Source: an uncultured virus (IMG/VR IMGVR_UViG_3300013232_000005)
Lineage: Duplodnaviria > Heunggongvirae > Uroviricota > Caudoviricetes
Length of the DNA: 20,000 nucleotides
Direction: 5' to 3' (one strand)
Virus record (IMG/VR): IMGVR_UViG_3300013232_000005
Location: 45,006 to 65,005 of that record
Shown piece by piece: positions 8,469-17,400 of this stretch. Positions within the stretch are counted from its first letter, which is position 1, and each line of letters opens with the position of its first letter. The position numbers and the translations under genes were made by a program. Under the pieces are notes generated by a model, which was not told where the DNA came from, did no database searches, and worked only from the letters and a program-made list of their open reading frames with translations.

Positions 8469-11400
8469 TGGCCGACAAGAAGCCTTGGGAAACATTTTCG
8501 CAACCGCAGCCTGCCGCATCGAGCGCGAATCCATGGGAGGACTTCGGCGGGAAAACCGAGCCCGAAGCAAAGGGCGTTCTCGGTCATGCTCAGGATCTTG
8601 GCGTATCGCTTCTTAGTGGCGCGGTGGCTGTACCAGAAGCGGCTGTAGGTCTGGCTGACATCCCAACTGGTGGAGCTGTAGGCAAGTTTCTGGAGAATGA
8701 AGGCGGCAGTGCAGGGTTTCGGCCAAAGCAGGCGCGCGAGTTCCTGAACACGCTTCACACCGACCAGTACAAGGATCAGCAGAAGCAATTTCAAGACGCT
8801 GACGGGATCATCGACAAGGCTGGTGTTGCCCTCAAGAACCCTTCGCTCATCGCCAATACCGTGGCGGAATCTGCCCCGTCTATGTTGGCCGGTGGCGCTA
8901 TCGGTCGCGGTGTGACTGCCATTGCACCCCGTATTGCGCCGGTCATCGCTGGTGCTGCAGGTGAAGGCGCGGTGATGTCTGGCCAGCAGGCGGAAGGCAT
9001 TCGCCAGCAATCCGACGATGGATCTCTCACCGCTGGGCAAGCTGGCGCAGCAGTAGCCACTGGCGTTCTGGGTGGCTTGTTTGGATATGCCGGTGGTCGC
9101 TTGGCTAACAAGCTTGGCATTGGTGACGTTGACACCATGCTTGCAGGTGGCGTAACTCGCCAGCAGATTGGCAGCGAACTTGCCACCGCTCCTGCAAAAA
9201 GCATCCCCCGCAAAGTTATCGAGGGTGCCATCTCTGAAGGCTTCCTTGAAGAGCTTCCTCAGTCGTTCTCAGAGCAAGTGATCCAGAACCTGGCAACCGG
9301 CAAACCGTGGAGCGAGGGCGTTGACGAAGCTGTGGTGATGGGCACTCTTGCCGGTATGGCGATGGGTGGCCCTGCAGGCGCAATGCATGGTGGTAGCCGT
9401 GCCGCTGAAGCTGCACCGGTTGAGCCGACTCAACAACAAGCTACAGCACCCCAACAGGGCGAGCCTCTTGCGCTTCCTGCTCCAACCATCGACGTTGGCC
9501 CCAATGGTGAAGCCTTCACGTCTGCCGACCGCAATGCCGCACTGCAGGCAGAAGCCGCTCGCCAAGACCGCATCGCTCGCGGTGAAGTGGCCGATATCAC
9601 ACCGGTTCCACCGACTCAACAGATTCCTGACGAACAGCGCAGCCCTTTGGCTCTGCCTGCACCTGTCATCGAGGTTGGTCCTAACGGCGAAGCTCTCACT
9701 ACTGACGACCGCAATTTTCAGATTCAAGAGCAGTCGCGTGCCGAAGAGGCAAGACGTGACCGCATCGCTCGCGGTGAAGTGTTTGATCGCACGCCAATCG
9801 AAGGCGCGCAAGCACCTACCAGACAAACCGAATCGCAGGCCATGGGCCTCAACCCTGCGGCTGGCCCAATGTCTTCAGCAGCTGCTTTGGCAGTTGATAG
9901 CGGTGCCCACAAGCAGCAGGCTCAACAATCGCTCATGCTTGAGGCTGCTGATGCTGCCGAGCAGAATGCGAAGAAGCCCGCCGAGAAGTCTCAAAAGCCA
10001 GCACCGGCAGGTGCCACGATTGACGCCGAAACTGGCGAGATCATCGAGGCCCAGCCGTCGCCCGAAGAGCGCGCAGCGGTGTTGACCCAGAAGATCGACT
10101 ACCTGCGCCAGCTGGCAAAGGGTTCTGGCTGGACATCTCGAATGATGGCAGCAAGACAGCAGGCCGAAGCCGAACTTGCACAGGTTCAGCCACAAGCCGC
10201 ACCCGCAGCACCAGCAGTAACCGCCTCACAATCTTCGACCATTGCAGCCGCTCCCAGCTCTGCGCCTACAGCTGCTGCCGCTCCAAGCACCGATTCGCTC
10301 GATACCACCTGGTCATCGATGTCAAAAGAGCAGCGCCAAGCCGTTGCCGACAAGACCGACATCAAGGGTGTTCTTCGTCGCAACGTTGCAAATGGTGAAT
10401 GGAAGAATCTTGGCGTAGGTGTTCAGCAGAAACTGGCCCAGCACATTCAGCAGCCGACAGCAGCCGCACCACAGTCGAAAGCTGCGAAGAGCGCAAAGCC
10501 AAAGCCTGCAGCCCAAGCCCTGACAGATGAACAGATTGCCGCTTATTCCAAAAGCACCGGAAGTTCGGTAGATGGCATCCGGCGCATCGCTGAGAATCCA
10601 AAGGCCTTCGGCGTTAAGGATCTGCATGAGTATTTCGAAAGCGTTGCCAAAAATAAGGTTGAGACGGAGGCCCGAACTGCGACCCAAAAAGCTGACCTAG
10701 CAAGGCTCAAGGACACGGTAGTCGTTCGCGACGATAAGGCCTACGAGCTGCTTGAGATCAATCGTGACAAGCGGATGCGTGAACACAAGAGCATCAAGCC
10801 GTCGCATGAGTTTGACACCCAAGGAGTCGATCTGTGGGAGCACTACATCGGCCACCCTGACTCTCCATCCGTAAAGGCGCGTCTTGCTGCTGCCTCACCC
10901 ATCGACGCCGCTGCGCACGAAGCTGCCACCAGCCCGCTGAACGATAGACCTGAACCAACCGACGCGCAGAAGGAGGCCGGCAACTACGCCAAGGGTCACG
11001 TTCGTGTCGCCGGAATGGATATCGCCATTGAAAATCCTCGCGGTTCTGACCGCAAAGGCAAGCGCCCCGATGGCTCCGAGTGGAGCCACAAGATGTCGGA
11101 TCATTACGGCTACATCAAGCGCACCAAGGGCGCTGATGGCGAGCACGTTGACACCTATATCGGCAGCAATCCTGAATCAAAGAGAGTCTACGTTGTCGAT
11201 CAGCTCCACCAGGACACCGGAGCATTTGACGAACACAAGGTGATGCTCGGCTTCAACAGTCAGCAGGAAGCCGTTAAAGCGTACAGCTCAAACTTTGATG
11301 CTGGCTGGAAGATTGGTCAGATCACATCGATGGGCACCGCTCAGTTCAAAAACTGGCTTGCCGATGGCGACACCACCATGCCATTGGCAAAGGCTCGCAA

Positions 11401-14400
11401 GAACCAAGAACCGGTAAAAACTGCAGAGCCTGCTGCTGCTCCTTCTACCGATGAAGCAGCTCAACCACAGGCCGCATCAAATTCGCCAGAAAGTGCATCA
11501 ACTCCTGCCGTTTCTGCAACGAAACAGCCACAAGGCGCATCAAAACCAGCAAAAAGTGAATCGCAGTCCCTGAGTCGTGATCAGGTGCTGGCGCGCAGAC
11601 TTGATACAGCTAAGCAGGAAATCAAGCGCGACATCGCATCCGGCAAGGTTCCTGATTCGGTGAAGTCGTTCGCGGATCTGCAGGATCACGTCGATGCAAA
11701 CATGTACGTGAATGATGCCGACCGCGCCGATAACCTGATTGGCGACCTTGGCCGACGCGAGAGCTGGAAATCAGCTGACTACATCAGTTTCACCAACGAT
11801 CTCATTGATTCCGTTAATGCTTGGCTCGCTGAGTCTGCACCGAAGCAGCCCCGTGGCGTGCTGGCAAAGAAGGCCGCCGCCGAAGCAGCTTCTCGCCAAT
11901 CGTCTGCACCGGATAGCGTGAGCGAGGACGTATCCGCCTACATGATGGAAAAGTGGAGAGACGCAAAGCCATCAAGTTCACATGACGGTTGGTCGATGGT
12001 TGACGATAGCCTCAACGACAATGGCAACGTGCGCTTGGTGTCGCAGTACAACTCCAAGCTTGCGACCTTCAAGTACAACCCAAAGAGCGGCACCGACCAC
12101 CAGCGTGCGCGCGTACATGCCATTGCGTGGGCGCAGGAGAATCCTGAGACTTCCGCGCCGTCAACCGGTGAGCTGGTCGCCAAACCGATTTTTGGTGGCG
12201 ATGAGAAGACTGTTGTCCCAGCTGCGCCGCGTGGCGTGCTCGCCAAAAAGGCCGCTGCTGATGCCGCGAGATCTGAGGCAAACGAGTCAATCAAAGACTT
12301 TGGCGAGAAGATCGGTGGTGCCCGCAAAGACAAAGCCACCACCGGAGCCAAAAAAGTCACCAAGTCAACCGACGAGCGCCCAGCTTGGATGCGCCGTTTC
12401 GAGCCTGCTCAGGTGGTCGAGATGCCCGGCAGGATCGGTGGCAACGCAGGCAAGTGGCAGATTCTCGACACACTGAAAAAAGGCTCCTACGGCGGTTCGC
12501 GCGCAGCCAGCCGTGAATATTTCAACACCGAAGAAGAGGCGCGAGCAGCTATCCCCCTGATAGCAGTTGCATTGAAGCACCGCGTTGTTCCTGTTCGCCA
12601 AGGCGAGAAGGGCTTCGAGATCTGGCGCGATGTCAGCGACCACAAGCGCGTCAAGGTTGTGGATCAGGCTTTCGACACCCGTGAAGCAGCCCTTGAATAC
12701 ATGGCGAAGAACGCAGAAGCGATCATCACCACGAACACGACCTTTGGTGAAGCGGACCTGCCGCGCCCAGAGAATACGGTTCGCACTGGTACGCAGCGCC
12801 GCACTGCCCCCGCCAAAGACAGCGACTTCATGAAGACCTTCGGTTTCCGTGGCGTTGAGTTCGGCAACTGGAACAACCAGGAAGAGCGCCAGCAGCTGCT
12901 CGATGATGCCTATGACGGGCTGATGGATCTTGCCGATGTGATGGGCATTCCGCCGAGTGCCATGAGCTTGAACGGCGAACTAGCCCTTGCCTTCGGTGCT
13001 CGCGGCCAAGGCCTGAGCGGTGCTCGTGCGCACTATGAACGCAGCAAGGCCGTGATCAACCTCACCAAAATGAACGGCGCCGGTTCGCTGGCGCATGAGT
13101 GGTTCCACGCGGTGGATCACTACTTCGGTCGCCAAGACGGCAAGGCTTCATCAGAATGGGTAACTGATGCTGACGGCACCAGAAGCCTGAAGGCGAAAGG
13201 CCGCGAGGACGATTACGCTAGCCATGGCTTCATGCGCAGCAAATCTGGCGTGCGCCAAGAGGTTCGTGATGCCTATGACAACGTTATGCAAACCCTATTC
13301 AAGAAGGGCGAGCAGTACGTTGAAGACACGGCCAAAGTAGATAACTTTGTGGCGCGATCACGCAAAGACGTTGGTGACCGCCTTGATGAGATACGCCGTG
13401 ACCTGGCCGAACAGAAAGACCCGAAATACTGGAAGCGCAGCAACAAGCCAGCTACCACCGAACAGCTGGCCGAGTTCGACACCGTAGCGCAGCAGATCCT
13501 TGAGGGCACCATGCTTGAGACTGAACTTCGTTCGGTTGGCAACCCAGCCAAGAACGCACGCTCTGTGATGAGCGGAATGCGCTGGACCAACGACGCCCTT
13601 GAGAAGCTAAGCGAGATCAACAAGGCTGTGCGCGGTCGCACTGGCTTCAGCGCTGACAGCAAGGGTGAATTCGACCGCCTGCGAGGCCTGATGAATGGCT
13701 ATTCGGCCCGCCTCAAAATGCTGGCCGAAGCCCAGACGGGCGAAGAGAAAACCAAGAAGGTGCTCACCGAGTTCGCCATGAACGCCAAAGAGCTTGATCA
13801 AGGCCGTGGTGGTGACTACTGGACCACGCCGCACGAGATGGCAGCTCGTGCCTTTCAGGGCTACGTTGAAGACAAGGTTGCAGAAGGTGGCGGCAAAAGC
13901 CCATTCCTAAACCATGCCCCAGAGAACGCAGCAATCATCACCCCTTGGGGATGGAAGCGACCCTACCCTCATGGCACCGAGCGCAAGGCAATCAACGCAG
14001 CCTTTGACAAGCTGGTCAGCATCCTTGAAACCAAGCAGGGTGACAACGGCAGCACGATTCTTTTCAGCCGTTCAGGCGCAAAACTAGAAAACGATTTGCT
14101 TGCGCCATTGGGTAAATCAAGAATGGTTGGCGATGAGTCACTGCTTGAGGACTATGGTGACGTAAAGGCGTTTGAATCTGACTACAAGTCAGCTACACAC
14201 CGCTCAATTCGCTATGTGAAGTATGACGCTGATGGAAAGCCGATTGCAGCATTGCAATTTCGGACAAAGGGACCACGCAGCAAAAAAGGTGAGATACAAA
14301 ATATCTATACGGTAGAGTCTGCTCGCAGACAGGGTGTCGCCTCAAAGCTGTTGCGCTTTGCTCAGCAGCACTACGACATTAAGCATAGCGATGACTTGAC

Positions 14401-17400
14401 CAACGATGGGCGTGTATTCAAGGCTGCTGACGGTGTTCGCTACAGCTTCGCAGGCCAGTCTGCTCGCGGTGCCGACCTTCACTCACTTGCCAGCGCACAG
14501 CAGCAAGTGAATGCAGGCTATGACGCGGAAACGGTACGCCAAGAAACTGGCTGGCACCGTGGCAACGATGGCAAGTGGCGCTTTGAGATCAGCGACGATC
14601 AAGCCGCTATGGCTGCACCCGGTGCCGACTTCGGAACGATTCTGGCAAATGCTCAGCTCGAAGCGATCACCGATGGCAAGCAGTCGCTGACCGTTGGCGA
14701 TGTGCTTGACCACCCAAGGTTGTTTGCTGCCTACCCCGACATGACCAGCATCAAAATCGCTGCGATGCCTGATGGCGAGACTGCCACAGCCAAGGTGCGC
14801 CAAACGGCCACCGGCCCGCTGGTGATGATCAAGTCCAACCTGAAGCGCGACAAGATTGTTTCAGCGCTCGTGCATGAGCTGCAGCATGTGATCCAGCGCA
14901 AGGAAGGTTTTGCCTTGGGCGGTTCTAAAAACACCGTTGCCGAGTGGAACCAGAACGGTGCCGCAGACTACAAGCGCCTAGCTGGCGAGGTAGAGGCTCG
15001 CAACAGCCAGTCGCGCCTGCTGATGAATGATCAGTTCAGAGCTATGACGCCACCGTCTATGACGGCCGACACGGCAAGCTCTGATGTAATTGTGACTTTC
15101 AACGGTCGCGACGTGGTTAACGCACCCGCTCCTGAGAACATCAAGGCCGTACCCAAGTACGAGATGAATGCCGCCAAGCTTGTGCGTGCATTCGATGTGC
15201 AATTCCCAAGCCTGACCCCTGCCATCAAGAAAATGCTGGCCAGAGGCAATCGTGGAGAGAAGGGCGGTGCCGTTGTGATCGAGAGCAGCGACCCCCTTGT
15301 CATTGCGAAGGTTTTTGCCAAAAAGACTGGGCGCAAGTTCAGCGACTCAGTTCAGATGTTCTCCGACGCTGGCACGATCAACGGCTTCTACGATCCCAAA
15401 TCTGGCCTCACCTTTTTGGTTGGTCCAAACATCAATCCAGTGACCGGCACAGCCGTACTCTTGCACGAGATGACCCATGGTCAGCAGCGCGAGAAGATCG
15501 ACAATGCTGCGCTTGCCATGCTGATGAACCGGGCAAGCGAGAAGGACGAATCCTTGCGCGGGTTCCTTGACCGCGTAGCTGATCGCATGGTTGATGCCGG
15601 TGAAGCTGCCAACGCGAAGGAGGCAGCTGCCTACATCGTTGAGCAAGCTGTGATCGAGGGTCGCAGCCAAGGCTATGCCTTCGCTGACAGCCGCTTCCTC
15701 AATTGGGTTGATTCAACCCTTGGCAAGAAGGTTGGTGACTTCCTCCGCTCATTCCTCGCGAACGTTCGCCAGTTCATGCTGCGCCATGGCTTGCCCATTG
15801 GTGGACAGGTTTCGGTTGATGACCTGGTTGCCTACGCCAAGGCCGGTGTTGAAAGCGCAGCTCAAGGTGATGTGCTAAGCGAGGGGAACACCGGGGGGAA
15901 TTTCAGCCGTAGCGATGCGGTCACCAGCACACCAGCATTCAAGCGCTGGTTTGGTGACAGCAAGGTGGTCGATGACGAAGGCAAGCCGCTGGTTGTCTAT
16001 CACGGCACGCGCAGTGATTTCACTGAGTTCGATATGCAGAACCCTGCTGGCGCGCTTGGAAACCCGAAGGGAGCGTACTTTTCACCTGATCGATGGGTTG
16101 CGCAGCGCTATGCCGAGAATGACGATGGCGAGATGGATAGCAAGTCAAGAGTCGTCGCAGCTTACTTGCACATCGAAAATGATTCAGATGGAAAGGTGAT
16201 CGACAGCGCCTACCGTGGCCGCGAGTATGTGGTATTCGATGCTAAGAACATCAAATCCGCCACCGGCAACAACGGGCAGTTTGATCCCGCGAACCCTGAC
16301 ATTCGCTTCAGTCGCTCTGGCGTCAAGGCTATGGCCAGCAAAGCCACTGCTGAACTGAACAAGACCTTCAATGCTCCAGGCAAGTTGAGCTGGTGGCACA
16401 AGACCATCGGCAGTATGTACAACCTGGCTGAGCGTGCGCCTGCATTCAAGCCGGTGTTCGAAGCTGCTCAAGGTTTTATCGATGACGTTTCTCACTATGC
16501 TGCAGATGCATCGGAGCTGGCACCAAACCTCTTGCCCAAGCTGGAGACGTGGAAGGACATCACCAAGTCACCTGTGAGCGCTGAGGATAACAAGGCGGTA
16601 GGCAAACCGATTTTCGAAGGCACGCTGGTTTGGGCGCGAGATCTCGAAGGCAAGCCAGTGCGCATCGAAGAGATGGCAGAGCGTGCAGCCAAGCTCACCA
16701 CCGAAGAGAAGGCAGACATCATGATCGCCCACGGCAAGCTGCCGCAGGGTTTGCTGTATGCGTGGAAGGGGCAGGGCGCTGAGATGTTCGCCAAGCTCAT
16801 TGGCTCGCGGTATGAAAGCCAGATGCTCAAGGCCGGTATCGTTTGGACGGATGCCGAACTTGCTTCGATGTTCAGCCTCAATGAACAGCAGATCGGCTTG
16901 TATCACGAGTTCAGGGAAGCTACCAACCGCAGCCTTGACACAATGGCCCGTGCCGACATGCTGCGCTACGGCGGTGATGACGTGAAAGAGTTGCGCGAAG
17001 CGGTGATGGATGCGCCTGATGTTCAGGCTGGTGCTCGCATTTTGCGTAACCACTTGGCGCAGATGGCAAGCGAGCAACCTGACCGCGAGGCCCAACTTCT
17101 TGCGGTTGCCCATGGAATGCTTGAGCGCGCCGACAAGGTGAACGAGCTTCAGAGCGATGGCTATGCACCGCTGTCGCGTTTCGGCAAGTACACCGTTGAC
17201 GTTGTGATCGATGGCGAACGCCAATACTTCAGTCTCTTTGAAACGCAACGGGAAGCCAACACCATGGCTGAGCGGATGCGCAAAGAATTCGGTGAGAGCA
17301 CTGTTAGCCAAGGCACGCTGTCCGATGAATCGTACAAGCTCTTTGCTGGCATCACTCCCGAATCGCTGGAGCTGTTCGGCAACATGCTCGGCCTTAAATC

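Noticed and set aside
7939..8616. 225-aa alternative-frame ORF spanning the junction of the 571-aa and giant genes as a frameshift product
   Set aside because: Composition looks like off-frame noise, I found no convincing slippery site, and the TAATG coupling explains the junction.
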